This document shows positions 22,901 through 37,900 of a DNA stretch of 64,000 nucleotides, one piece after another. Source of the stretch: Phoronis australis (Eukaryota > Animalia > Phoronida); the NCBI GenBank assembly GCA_002633005.1, contig NMRA01000173.1, forward strand, positions 278,534 through 342,533. The letters run 5' to 3'. A program made the position numbers and the translations under genes. Position 1 is the first letter of the stretch, and every line of letters starts with the position of its first letter. The notes below the pieces were generated by a model. It was not told where the DNA came from and ran no database searches. It saw only the letters and a program-made list of their open reading frames with translations.

Positions 22901-25900
22901 GCGACACAGGATCAGGCGACACAGGACCAGGCGGCACAGGACCAGGCAGCACAGGGCCAGGCGGCACAGGACCAGGCAGCACAGGGCCAGGCAACACAGG
23001 ACCAGGCGGCACAGGGCCAGGCGGCACAGGACCAGGCGGCACGGCACCAGGGCGCCAGACGGCATGGCAGCACAGCACCAGGCGGTATGCCCAAAAAATG
23101 ACAGACTGGTACAAAACTATGAAATCAATTATACAGGCTTTCTACATTTAGAAAACATGTACTATGTACATACTATAATTATACAGTTTATTTGGCTTAA
23201 TGCAGTCTTACTACAGACAGGAGACTCATAGTGGAGGCACTAAAGAGGAGTGTATCTTGAGCAAGATTATTGAATAAAGGTGCACAGCAGCATATCTGTG
23301 GATATACCGACAAAAAGCAATTATATTAAAGATTACACAAAGGTTGGTTCGGGAGAAAAATTTACAAAACTGAGAACTTTCCGACACATTTTATGTCAAA
23401 TGTCCTATTATCCAAGGCAGCCATACTAATTTACATACCGTATTACGTAAGAGCTAATAAAATGGGTGTGAATAAGAAGCAATCTTAATAGATCTGTTAT
23501 ACTCAGTTGCTATATGATAACTGGATTGTATAATTAACAGGTGTTCCAGCAGGAGTATCCAGAGGTGTGGCAACAGCTGGAGAGGTTTAATATTCACAAA
23601 AAGACGTAAGCCCACCAATTATCATGGCAGCATCATATTGAACTTCCTCGTGAAGTCGTACAACTCTTCACTTGTAAATCATTTTTTGTAAACGTCCGAG
23701 ACCAGAACAGGCTGGTGACTACAGTGGTACCATCCGAGACCAGAACAGGCTGATGTCTAGAAAGGCAGAAATTGGAAAGAACAAATACTTGCAACTAGTC
23801 TAAGACAATTAGTTGACATTATAAAGAAGCTTGCATTAATGTTGAAAACAATTACAATAAAGACAACAGAAAATTGATATTCCAGAAACTAAGAGTTACA
23901 AACTGTGGCAATGTCCTTGTATACATTTGTGTGTAAAATTTTTGGGAATTCTTCACAGCCAACTGTGAAACGAGTAAAATAGTCAAATTAAATGCTTTCC
24001 CCTCTTTTTGATGACGCAATTAATGGCACGGAGAGTGAAGGATGGCTCCAGGAGGTGCACTGTTTGTTGTTTAGGAAAGATACTGTGGTTTTTGACTCAT
24101 CGAGAAATAAACTGTTTGAAAAACTTACAGTCCTGAAAACTTGCATTAATGAGATTGGCACGGTTATTCGATAAACTAAGTCAAAGTTTATGACAGTCAA
24201 TCACGAGGACCACACTGAAGTACAACTGGAAAATGCTAAGATTAATCACACTGAGGCCTATGGCTACCTTGGCACCAGGCCTTCATCTCGAGGGTGTCCA
24301 GGATGTTCAGGCCTTCACCCAGAGGGTGTCCAGGATGTTCAAACAGACACCGTGACTCAAACTTAGACACGTTAGCTAGGACCCACTATTAAGCATTTTG
24401 ATGCTCAAGTCAAGTAAAAAAAGTCGGCATGGATGTCTGTTTTAACTTGTAGATCTGGGAGCTCATTGACCAATCCAGAGACAGTTTAGAAATGATGCAA
24501 GATACTGTTTGAAAAACTACGAGAGCAGAACCATGTCTTCACAGTGACACATCACAGCAATTTGACTTGGGGTCACGAAAAATGTCATGTTATTGGTCAT
24601 GGACGCTCTGAGCAATTTTGAAACGTATTTTAGACCCCGTTTTTGAAATCCTGGATGAACTCCTGCTTCTTGGCCATCATTTCTCCTGACCCTGTGCCAC
24701 AGTAATCCCTGGAGCATACCAGGGAAAAAGGAGGATTTTCTCGAAATTTTCTGTACCACCTATGGCAGGAATGTATGTGGAGTATCCGCTGTACTGTTGT
24801 GAAATGTAGCTTTGTAGCACTCAAGTACTGTACTGTTGTGAAATGTAGCTTTGTAGCACTCAAGTACTGTACTGTTGTGAAATGTGGCTTTGTAGCACTC
24901 AAGTACTGTACGCTTGTGAAATGTAGCTTTGTAGCACTCAAGTACTGTACGCTTGTGAAATGTGGCATTGTAGCACTCAAGTACTGTACACTTGTGAAAT
25001 GTAGCTTTGTAGCACTCAAGTACTGTACGCTTGTGAAATGTAGCTTTTTAGCACTCAAGTACTGTACACTTGTGAAATGTGGCTTTGTAGCACTCAAGTA
25101 CTGTACGCTTGTGAAATGTGGCATTGTAGCACTCAAGTACTGTACTGTTGTGAAATGTAGCTTTGTAGCACTCAAGTACTGTACGCTTGTGAAATGTAGC
25201 TTTTTAGCACTCAAGTACTGTACACTTGTGAAATGTGGCTTTGTAGCACTCAAGTACTGTACGCTTGTGAAATGTGGCATTGTAGCACTCAAGTACTGTA
25301 CTGTTGTGAAATGTAGCTTTGTAGCACTCAAGTACTGTACGCTTGTGAAATGTAGCTTTTTAGCACTCAAGTACTGTACACTTGTGAAATGTGGCTTTGT
25401 AGCACTCAAGTACTGTACGCTTGTGAAATGTAGCTTTGTAGCACTCAAGTACTGTACGCTTGTGAAATGTAGCTTTGTAGCACTCAAGTACTATACCTTT
25501 CTGGCTCTTTCCCCAACCATTCATTTACAACAAATGCCCAAACTAGTGCATGCCCACAGATAACAACATGGAATTCTAGGTGTCAAATGCCCAAACCAGT
25601 GCATGCCCGCTGATAACAACATGGAATTCTATGTGTCAAAAACATAATCATTGCACAGTACCATTCTTCGTTATTACAAACCTTATCCAGAGACACAGCT
25701 GTTATGACCATAGCATGAGTCATCAAAGATTCACCAAACATAAGACGTTCAGCCTTCGTCAGATTTCTGACTGAGGTGTTGAAAACCAGTTGATAGTCGT
25801 GACTACAATGAAATAAATTGAAAAGTGAAGGCAGGGCAAAAGTTGAGAGAAAAGACACAAAATGCTGTCACGCAGATTCTACTTACAATTTCTTATCATG

Positions 25901-28900
25901 TATCACTAGATTACATTAGGTGATCACATCTTTATTGTGTATCACTAGATTACATTAGGTGATCACATCTTTATTGTGTATCACTAGATTACATTAGGTG
26001 ATCACATCTTTATTGTGTATCACTAGATTACATTAGGTGATCACATCTTTATTGTGTATCACTAGATTACATTAGGTGATCACATCTTTATTGTGTATCA
26101 CTAGATTACATTAGGTGATCACATCTTTAATATGTCACTATGAAATTTTGTAAGAAATCAAAATTACACATGGAGCAGTTTAATGTAAGGTCAAAACAGC
26201 ATAGTTGGTACTGGTCTTTACCCCGACTTATGTCCAGATCTGTGATCACCAACTAAAAAATAAGTGCCTATGTAATTTCAGGCAAGGTCTTTTGTTTTTT
26301 TTGAAAAGTTGCACAAAAGCACATCAGTAAGAGTATGCAAGGTGTGAAACGCCATGACTTGCCAAGGGACGAGTAAAAAAATAAATCCCACATCATTTTT
26401 GGTTGTCTTGATTTTTCTTTCTTGAAAAAAGAGCAACTTAACACAGTACACCACTGTCTTGATTTCCAAAACAGAACACACACAAAACCAGAACCAACTA
26501 TGGTATGTTGGCCAGCTATAGGATTTGGACTACCTTACCATCTCATATCATTGGAACCAAACTGCCTCCAGAAATGTTTACCAACATCACAGCCAAACCA
26601 CACAGGCTGAAAGAGAACTGTATCATTACTGACTACAATGACAGCATGAGATAGCATTGCAATCAGAACACAAAATGGTCAAATGCAATCACATCAACTT
26701 CAGGGACTAGAAACTCAGCATGTTATGATCATCCATTTGAATAGAGATAAGACTATTATCCACTCATGCTGTGTAAGCAATTAATAAACCTGATAATCAC
26801 ATCTTTGTTAGTGGAACGACTTTTAATGAATTAGCGAAATACTCAAACTTTCATAATTTCTGATGTGCTCAGAAATTTGACCATTCTGAGTATGCAAGTC
26901 TGTCTATCAACATGAAATTGCAGCATGTGCATAAAGTACCAAACCCTTGCAGATTTTCATTGAAGAACTATTTAATTTCTTTAAACTGTGTTATTGATAA
27001 CCAGAGAACGATGAAGTCCTTTCCACGCTGAGTAATTTCATTATGTTGAGAGAGTATTGGCAGACAGATAGCAATAAGTCTATTTTCGATAGTCAAAACA
27101 TAAATAAAAATTATAATAAACTAATTAAATACAAAGACATGAAAACAAAACATTCATCTTCAACAGTAAAGTTAGCTACAAGAGCAAAAAATGCACCCAC
27201 GAATGTATCGCAAATGGTGTGCTTTTAGGGTTATTTATTTGTATCATAGAAATGGCCAATAGATGGCGCAAAAAACATACAATCCATCCAAAAATGGGAA
27301 CATGCCATATTTCATAAAAATCTGTCTAGGAACTTCAGAGAAACAAAGGAAAACAGAACAAAATGAAATTGCCACTTGTGGGCACAGCGTCCGTTCCATC
27401 CGCCTGAAAGTCGAAGTCTGCTATCTTCATATAAATTCACTTACTAAATTTCAAGGAGAATGCCACCCGATTTAATTAGTCTTTTTACTGTCTTAATCGG
27501 TCTATATCCAAATTTCCTCACATACGGTCAACCTTACCTTGCCGAGAGGTGTCGCGTTAACCTGTGAGGAAGGTGAGAAACAATGCAGCGACGTCAGTGG
27601 TTCATTTGCAGCAGAGTGAATGCCGCTATGTTGCGGTGCATCGTTCCCACTTGTTCAAACTATGCATCTGCGAGGAAAGTGGGTACATCCTTTTTTCGAC
27701 TTCATCGAGAGTCCGAAATGCTTAGAAGGTGGCTCGCGGTAGTGAAGAATGAAAAGTACGCTGTTAATAGCAAGTATGAGGCCGTGTCTGTGGCCGGCAG
27801 TCGTCGAAAGTGAGTCTGACGAATGCCGGCTTACCAAAGAACTATCCATACATTCCGTTGTGTGTGCATGTTCACGGCTTCTCTCTAGTATTTCTTGATC
27901 ACTGTATTCCGGTTCGAACTGATAGCCTGTGAAACTTAGCGATCCACCTACAAACCACTGGCCGGGATAACGAGTCAGTCTGGCTGTGACGGGCCTGGTC
28001 GGGTTCCGAGCCGGGATAACAAGGCTTTTGTGTGTTTAGAACTCAAAAAATCACAAGTCTAAACAACACAGATCTAGGTTCTTCTCTCTGTATTTCACGG
28101 AAGAATACTTTGAATTTATCTCCGAACAGAACCTAAACTCCTGCTACGGTCCTTGGTAAATTGGTCTACCGAACTTTGTAGGCTACGGTGTGTCCAAATA
28201 CCAATAAATCCGTAACAACGAAATAAAACAAGACATTTTTATAAGAACTCGATGTATTTTTAAGGGTTTTACATCAAAGTTTGATAATTTCTTGCTGTTA
28301 AACGATGAATTCAAGCGATAAGCTGACACCGGTAACCCGTGTTGTGAACTGCTGAACAGACTGCATGTGAAACCAATGATCTCATTGGATAATTTCAACA
28401 CCTCCATCTGCCGTCAGGTGTCAGGTAACACAACCCAACGTGCCGTTATCGAGTAGAACTATTCGATCTAAATTGATACAAAATAGGTTGTTTTTTGGGT
28501 GGCATGCTCCTTTAATAAAGATCCTGCAGTGGGTTTTGGAGATACAGCTATGGGCGCAAAACAACACAAAATTACCACTAGGAGACGCCACAGTAGTCAG
28601 TCACCATCATCAAATGTCCTCTTCAGACTGAAAACATGTACGCCAATTTTCAAAACCATCCCTAGAATGATTTGGTTGATCGAAGAGTGGACGCCAAAAA
28701 CAAGATTTGAAAACAGCAAAAATGACCACCAGGTGGCGCAAAATACCTCGATTCCATCCAAAAACAGGATAATAGCGTCATCTCACCAATAGATGCCTAT
28801 ATTCAAAATTTTATGAAAATCTGTTGAGGACCTTTGAAGAGGGCACACCAGAAGTCAGTTCCGTCCGAAAGTCGTCGTCGTCCATTGTCAACATCATATA

Positions 28901-31900
28901 AATACACTAGCTTAATTATTAAAGTAAAGATCCTGCAAACGGTTTAATAGATACAGCCATGAGTGCAAAATAAAACAAAATTGCCACAAGGAGGAGCCAC
29001 AGAAGTCGAACTCGGAAAATTGTTGTCAGCCGTCCACTTCATTGTAAAATCATACATGGAAATTTTCACAATTATCCTGAAAGCCGTTTGGTTGATAGAC
29101 GAGTGGACGCCAAAAAACAGACTCGAAAACACTAGGTGGCGCAAACTAGGTCGAATTCATTTGAAAACAGAGAAATAGAGTCACCTCATTAACTGATGCC
29201 TGTATGCCAAATTTTATGAAAATACGTGGAGAACCTTTGAACATACAGAGGTAAACTTAAAAAAAATAAAATTGCCACTAGGTGGCACACCAGTAGTCAG
29301 ATTCGTCTGAAAGTCGTCGTCCTCCCTTGTTAACATCATATAAATATACTTACCAAATTTAGTAAAGATCCTGTGAACGGTTTAGGGGATACAGCCACAG
29401 GTGCAAAAAAAAAAACTGCCACTAGGAGGCACCACAGTAGTCAAAGTTGTCAGAAAATCAGTCAGCCGTCCACTTTATAGTAAGAACTTACATGCCAATT
29501 TTCATAATCATCCTTAGAGCAGTTTGGTTGATAGAGGGGTGGACGCAAAAAAAAACAGACTCGAAAACAGTAAAAATGGCCACTAGGTACTGCAAACTAC
29601 GTCAAATCCATCTGAAAATGGGAAAATAGCGTCATCTCACTAACAGGTGCCTATATACCAAATTTTATGAAAATCCATTATAAAGGACTTTTGAAGATAC
29701 AAAGGTAAACGTAAAAAAACTAAAATTGCCACTAGGGGGCACACCGGCAGTTGGATCAGTCCGAAAGTTCGCTCATGCCGTCCCATCCATGGAAGGAACA
29801 CATGTGCAAAATTTCATGAACATAAGTCAAGGCGTTTTGGAGATAGAGCAGCAGACGCCGGACGGATGCTGGACCGACACCGGACATACAGAGATGACGG
29901 CATAATGCGTCCACATATAAATATGTGGGCGCATAAAAATTCAAGAGTACTGTACCTTGCGACAACACGATATTCTGTTAAATGCAACATCTAATATTTT
30001 GAATTGTACCCCACAGTGGAAATCAAAAATCTCAGTATACGGCGACACAGTTTCCTTGAATAGCCTGTTCAAGCTCAGTGTACGAGGACCAAGGTTTACA
30101 AGGCTAGCACTACTCTAGGTATTACTGAGTCTTTAATTATTTAGCACATTTGCCAAAAAAGGTGACTTTAATGTCAAAGGCTGACTATCTTGCTGCAAAT
30201 TTTCAAAATTTTCCCAATTATTGTTTTATGTCAATTGCATAAAATAAATTTTGGTAATTAAGGAAGTAAGCTTTATTTTTTGTTACAAATCTGTCAGCCT
30301 TGCAATGTGCTAAATGCAAGATGAATAACTGTGCTGGGACAACACCGTGGCTTCAGATTCACATTACCTGGTCATTCTTGATAGACTCCACGACAACCTT
30401 CTTCAAGACATTGATTGGCTGATTGTTGTAGAGCACATCCCGGCCCCCCACCATGTTGTTCAAATACTCCACAGTGAGGAGCTGGTTGTAACCACTGGTT
30501 GACCGTGGATCATTAATCAGACATGCCTGCAAACAGATAATGTCATTACCACCTAGCAACACTGTGACGATTTGTCATCTGACATCTGAGACACTTTACC
30601 AAAAGTTACACAAACTAAAACTTGACATGCGAAAACACTAATTGCTTTTAACTTGAAGTAAAAGACTCATCAGGAACTAAAACACTAGAATTGTACACGT
30701 TATGTTACCATAAAAGCCAATGAACAAAAGGCTAATTTGCAGCTTGCTATCTAAAGCCAATGTAGTCGTCAAGTAAACTAGAGGCCTACCCTTAACAGTT
30801 CACAACTAGAGGCCTACCCTTAACAGTTCACAACTAGAGGCCTACCCTTAACAGTTCACAACTAGAGGCCTACCCTTAACAGTTCACAACTAGAGGCCTA
30901 CCCTTAACAGTTCACAACTAGAGGCCTACCCTTAANNNNNNNNNNNNNNNNNNNNNNNNNNNNNNNNNNNNNNNNNNNNNNNNNNNNNNNNNNNNNNNNN
31001 NNNNNNNNNNNNNNNNNNNNNNNNNNNNNNNNNNNNNNNNNNNNNNNNNNNNNNNNNNNNNNNNNNNNNNNNNNNNNNNNNNNNNNNNNNNNNNNNNNNN
31101 NNNNNNNNNNNNNNNNNNNNNNNNNNNNNNNNNNNNNNNNNNNNNNNNNNNNNNNNNNNNNNNNNNNNNNNNNNNNNNNNNNNNNNNNNNNNNNNNNNNN
31201 NNNNNNNNNNNNNNNNNNNNNNNNNNNNNNNNNNNNNNNNNNNNNNNNNNNNNNNNNNNNNNNNNNNNNNNNNNNNNNNNNNNNNNNNNNNNNNNNNNNN
31301 NNNNNNNNNNNNNNNNNNNNNNNNNNNNNNNNNNNNNNNNNNNNNNNNNNNNNNNNNNNNNNNNNNNNNNNNNNNNNNNNNNNNNNNNNNNNNNNNNNNN
31401 NNNNNNNNNNNNNNNNNNNNNNNNNNNNNNNNNNNNNNNNNNNNNNNNNNNNNNNNNNNNNNNNNNNNNNNNNNNNNNNNNNNNNNNNNNNNNNNNNNNN
31501 NNNNNNNNNNNNNNNNNNNNNNNNNNNNNNNNNNNNNNNNNNNNNNNNNNNNNNNNNNNNNNNNNNNNNNNNNNNNNNNNNNNNNNNNNNNNNNNNNNNN
31601 NNNNNNNNNNNNNNNNNNNNNNNNNNNNNNNNNNNNNNNNNNNNNNNNNNNNNNNNNNNNNNNNNNNNNNNNNNNNNNNNNNNNNNNNNNNNNNNNNNNN
31701 NNNNNNNNNNNNNNNNNNNNNNNNNNNNNNNNNNNNNNNNNNNNNNNNNNNNNNNNNNNNNNNNNNNNNNNNNNNNNNNNNNNNNNNNNNNNNNNNNNNN
31801 NNNNNNNNNNNNNNNNNNNNNNNNNNNNNNNNNNNNNNNNNNNNNNNNNNNNNNNNNNCATGTTGACTGACTAGTAAATGAAAGCAAACGACGACGGAAC

Positions 31901-34900
31901 TTAACACAACCGAGGTAGAACAATGACTGAGTCGGCAGCTCTCACAGTCAGACTATATGAAAAGAAATTGGCGCGAAATGCTTGCCTCCTAAAACGTCAC
32001 TTCCGGAGTAGCGGACGAGTAATTAAAAAAATTACGAAAAGCTGTAATTAAGTGGAAAATATGTCTAGGATAACCAACCAACCTTATTTTAGCTCAAAAT
32101 GACATGAAAAAAGGTTGCCTTCGCCTTTAACAGTTCACAACTAGAGGCCTACCCTTAACAGTTCACAACAATGACCAGCTGAACAGATGTGGACCCCTTG
32201 ACATATTGTCAAACATAATCTATAGCCACAAGGTTGATCAGTCTTACATATGCCAAGCACAAGACCAACACTGCCTTCAACTAGTATTCAAATATAATTT
32301 TGTTGTATCCAACATAACCTGTTAGACATATGCAAAGATGATTAATCATCATTGCAGCACCTTGAAATGTAAACTCTTGTTAAAATGACCAGATGCCATT
32401 CTTCTCAACACCTTGTGACTGCTGACTAACATTATGACATCCAACTAATACAGATACAACACCTTGCTGTCAACATCAAACTGGCTCTTGACATAATTCT
32501 CATAGAACTCCAGTGGAGTGACAGGTCCCACACGGATATACTCTTTCTTCTTGTTATAAACTTCCCATGTGAACGAGTCAGGAGGTGTACCCAGGCAGAT
32601 GCTTATGATACGATGAAGCTGTAACAGTCAGAAAAATTGTCAGACCTACTCTTGTGTGCATTTAACACCTCACAGGAAGTCTACAATCACAGCAGCAACA
32701 AATGCGTCCACAGCAAAAGAAAAATCACTAGACTGTGTGATAACTTATACAAGACAAATAGCAGGGACTTTTGACTTCTTCAGTAATACAAAACATCAAA
32801 GAACAGCCAACCTGCCGCAAACATTTTATTAAACAATTCTTACTTGTTATTTAATATACCAATCAGCGCGCACAAATTAAGTCTTGAAGTTGTTTAACTG
32901 CCATGAAATAACAAGAATAAAAAAAACATGCTACAGACGTGCTGAGCATGAATGCATCAATAAGATGTACAAAAACAGCCATTATACACTTACTGTCTCC
33001 ACGACACACTTACTGTCTCTATGACACACTTACTGTCTCCATCATGTCAGTTTGAGCAGTAGACATCTGCTCCTCTGTTGCTCCATCTGCAACCATCTTG
33101 TAGAAAGCAGAGCAGAATTCACGCAGCTGAAATAAAAACAATAAACTATATAGTCAAACATGGGGCAAGTATGGTTATATGTTCCCTATATAAGTTATAC
33201 TGAACTGGTCAAGTATGGTATATGTTCCCTAGATGAGTTATGTTGAGCTGGTTACTTGATGGACATTATGTTTCATCCAGCTGAATAACTGGATGTGAAA
33301 AAATATAGATCACTGCTTGTAGAACTTACTGAAAAATAATCTTCCCAATGTTGCGGAGCTGTGTGGAGATTGATGACTGACTGCTTCCAACAAATAATTT
33401 GTCGCCCTCTGATGGTGTTCATAGACAACTCCAAAGCCTCAGAGTGCGAGTCTGACAACTTAAATTTGACACATCCGTGTCTGTTCAAAGTTGGGCTTCA
33501 AAACAGCCGCTCAGCAAGAACACGGCACAGCAAACACCCGTGGTTTAAACTGTGCTGTGTTAGATCATCTTGGTGACACTCAGTCGAGAAAGCAAACATA
33601 AGGGTACTAGACAGAGAATGTTATTGGTTTAAGTGAAGTGTCAAAGGGGTTGTCTATATTAAGCCAAGAATCCCTCTTGGAATGGGTCAGGGGCCTGTTC
33701 CAAGAAAATTGACTAAGCTGAGACAAATTTTAAATTTCAGTCAATTTTAAGATAGAATTTAAGTTTGTCTAATAAGTAAGTTTCAAGAAAAAGATCTTAA
33801 AGTTTTAATTGAGTTTTTGACTGAAGTTTAATTGTTTTAATTTTGACTAACTTACTGGATGTGGAAGTTTCAAAGTTTAAAGTTGAGACAAATCTTATAC
33901 TCAAGTGAAAAATGAACTTAAGTCGGTTTCTTGGAAAGAACCCCATATTTAAGTTGCACATTTCATGGCCTTGGAGTTGGTGTCTAGAAACACTGGCCAA
34001 GGGTGACATAATTTTCACAGCATCCAATCAGCCATCAATCCCTATTAGGAGCTAGGTGGCACTGTAACATCATGAAAACTATTTTATAGAGTTCCAGAAG
34101 TTGTGATTTAGTGTTATTAGAAATTTGTACATCAGGAAAACCTATGGGCGTGACAAAGTTTTGCTATATTAGCCACCAGGTGTCAGTATTTATAGTCTTT
34201 ATAAACCTTGAACTGGAGTTTAAAACACAGAAGTATTGGTTCTTCTAAAGCCATGTCACCAGGTTATTATCTTTTGTTTGAATTGAAATTGGATCCAATA
34301 AATCGCTTGGAATTCCTATGACAACAATAAGTTGTATTTTTGCTGACTTGAGACAGCTACACTGACCCTTGTGATCTTTTACAACAAGGAAATGCTATAT
34401 GTCCAGGAAAACTACAAAAACTTTGTTGGAAAACATGAAAAGTAGTCGTCAATCATGAAACTTGAGGTCATGGGTTGAGTTGAGCAACTAAAATCTGAAG
34501 TTGTGTTTGATGAGTAAGGCTGAGACTCAGGTCGCCACTGCCAATCTGAGGTTGCATTTTGCGAGCTCTGCCAACAATTCTCAGAAATTCAATCGTACAT
34601 TATTTTTTTTGTTTATTCACCAGACTGTTTCACAACTTACTTTGTTATAAACTGATCTTAAATGTAAATACTATGTTGTGACACAACAAAAGTTTTGCCA
34701 AATCAAGTTTTTGTATTTTGCGGGGAAATGTAATGTGTCATATTATATTATTCATAAGAGCAAACAAGAAATATTATATTATAGACATATAAATGCCTGA
34801 CCTTTGTCTTAAGTATGGTGTTCAGCCTACGGCTATTCTCAGCACTCCACGCCTCATTCCAACACTTCTTTGGCATCACACCGTACTTCTTGATCAGGTT

Positions 34901-37900
34901 GACCAGCATGTCCCATTGACCACCATCACAGGTAGGATCCGACAACAGGTGAGTGACCAGTCGACTGTCTGGGGTCACACCCTCACGTGCTACCTTGGCA
35001 AAACTCTCCAGTGCGTAGTTACACCTCTCAACCTGAGAAGAGTTTTTGGACATGCTGTTGAAGCATCCATGACATACCAAAACCTAACATAATAAGATTT
35101 TGAATAGGCTGAAGCCGACTCGATTTATGTTAATATTTCAAAGAAGACCTGACAAAGTATTAATGTCATCACCTTCCTTAGATTAACGTAAGATGACCTT
35201 TCGAAGACAATAGGCCAAATTATGAACTACTTTAAATATGCCCTATGACGAAGACACTGAAAGAAACGACAACTGGAAGATGATGACAACATTAACCAAA
35301 ACTTTATGAAGTGAGAAATGCTTCAATAAAATCTCACTTTATCCCAGAAGAACAGATAGTTCTGACTGAATTCGAATTCTTCTACGTCATAATGTTTCAT
35401 AAATGGAACTCTCAGACAGTTCATACAAGCAAAGATCCAGCAACGCCCAGAACTCTTCTGATTAGTCATTGGCTTGCCTTCCATCTCCACCTGAGAAAAA
35501 AAAAACAAAATTACAGAAAGAATTACCGTAATCGTTCGGGTTAACGCCCATGCTCAGTTAACCGCCCACCCCCTACTTTAGGTGGATTTTCGATTTAACC
35601 GCCCACTGCTCAGTTAAGCGCCCCCCTACGATTTTTGAAGATTTCCAGTTAAGCGCCCACCTCTCGGTTAAGCGCCCATCCCGGACTTTTAAAGAATGAA
35701 GATTTAGTGCCCAGTGCTAAGGAAACGGTGATTCCCCGACTTTTACAAAAAGATCGATGATCACAATGAGCGTAACAACGCCGGGGCCTTCAAGACGGTG
35801 GTTTAGCAATGTGAATTACAATACAAGGAGTTCTTGTCTTGGGTCATGGACTCACTTCAAAATATAATACTTTAACGTTTTTGTCACTTTATTTTCTTCC
35901 CATGTTTACAAAGTTTAAGAACGCCGCCGGCGTCAAAACCTCCGCTTTCAGCGACTTTGTCTGCCGCACTGAGTTTCGGTCTGCAGTGCACTAGATAAAA
36001 TATATATTCGAAAAAATCAGGCCAGGCAAATGTGACAATGGTTTTGCCAACCCTCCAAATTCTCTTAAGGTGGGAAGCTCTCGTATTTTGAAGAAATCTC
36101 ACAACTCACGGAAAGATTTCAAATTCTCATTTTGATGAATGTAACTGCCGGGTTGTAGAGGACGTGTGGCGACCGAAGGGGATAGTACAAGTGCCTTACT
36201 GGGTTACCGATTTCGTTGCTGCCTATCGATTTCTGAATTCAAAGGTTTGCAATAATGTTTGTTTGTGTATGATCTTGAAGTAATAAAAAACAGCTAGTCA
36301 AATTTTGTTTTTTGCTTATTGCATCTCAGTCAAACTGGCGTTACCAGATTTAACTATTGTCGCTGTCTGTTCTTTATTTTTTCTTGCGTCAGCCCCCACG
36401 TATAAGCGTGACTGTGAAATATTGTTTCCACATCCCCTTTTTGCCATCCAGAATAATTTTGTTTATACATTGGCCAGTTTCTTACCATTCGAGTCTGCAA
36501 TATCTACGACGTAGACTGACTGAAAATTGGCGATAGTGGGTAGGACTGCACACAGCTAGCTACTGGCATGGGCTTAGGGAGCATCGAGAAATATCGGAAT
36601 AGACTTGACATCGCAGGTTTGGGGAACATTGGCAATGGAGGAATATCGTAAAGAACTGGGTCTTTCGTAACAACAGCTTAAAAGTACATAGTCACGCCCG
36701 TTTTTGTTACTTAGGGCTATTCTCTTTTGATGTGTGACTTTGTAGTCATTTTGGAGCACGTGCGCAAGTTCCCACACTTTGCAGTGCATGTTACCTTGAC
36801 ACCAACATGTGATTGACAGGTGCTCACTCGTAGGCCCTACGTGCGTGCTGATTCCCGCCGCTATCTTTGGCCATAAAAAACGAGATGCATATTGGAAGAG
36901 ACCGTTTTATTACTTGACGGCATTTCCAAGTCACGACTGTCAGCCGACTGAGACATTGCTTGCTAACAGCGAGACCGAACAGTGCCGCAGTGCGATAGGC
37001 CTATTGCAAGTGATATAAATAGGATAATCTGGATATCTTGCATGAAAAATAAATGTTTTTCCACCACGAAGTTTGGTAAGGCGATTGTTAAAGAATGAAT
37101 TGAAACATCGCTGTTTTGTGGCGTTTTATCACATATTTATGTCGTGGCTCGAAATTGTATTCTTGATTGACGAGTAGCTCACGACCGCTTAACACCGATT
37201 CTTGGCGCAACGGCAAGTGAGCAATGCCGGGCGGTCGAGATAAAACAGCTAGCCGCAGAACCATACGCTGAAAATGTCATTGAGTCACAGAGTGTCGACT
37301 ATAAACATCCTAAACACAAAAAACATCTGAATTAAGTTTTTAAAACTTTTATTACAACTCATTTTAAAACTGCTCTCAGACTATGAACTTGGCAGCTCAG
37401 TACGAGACTGTAACCATAAATTTGATGTCTGCTGTGACCTCTGCAACACGTGAAGCTTGCACGCGCGCACTTTAACAAGGTCACATCTTAAAATAGTTGC
37501 AATCCAAGTAGAGGCTGCGTGGTCACTGGTCGTCTGCGCTCTAGAGGGCAAAGTAACAAGACCGCAGGACGCCACGGGGCTATTACTCAGTAATCCTGTA
37601 AATTTAACAGTGAATAACTAATCTGAGGGCAAGAGAATCTTTGTTGGGATCATCCGCTGTTATGACATTTTTTTCGTCATGTGGCGACGTGACGATAACG
37701 CTCTTTGAAAAGTACTACGCGTTCCGAGTACGAGGTAAGATTAACCGCCCAGGGCGGTTGCCTGTCGTAATAAGCGCCCATGTTCGGTTAACCACCCACC
37801 CTGGATTTCTTGAAATTTCACGTTTAAGCGCCCATGTCTGGTTAACCGCCCACCCCCGATTTTTTGGGTTTGCCAATTTAACCGCCCAGGGCGTTAACCC

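Noticed and set aside
22792-23151. Collagen- or elastin-like GPG ORFs
   Set aside because: Translations of a 15-bp minisatellite in a BLMH intron.
24630-25563. 285-aa and 262-aa repetitive ORFs
   Set aside because: Translations of a 39-bp intronic minisatellite with no splice or homology support.
30904-31923. Long ORFs over 300 aa
   Set aside because: Made of N-gap X residues; the same applies to 48725-49564 and 56764-57015.
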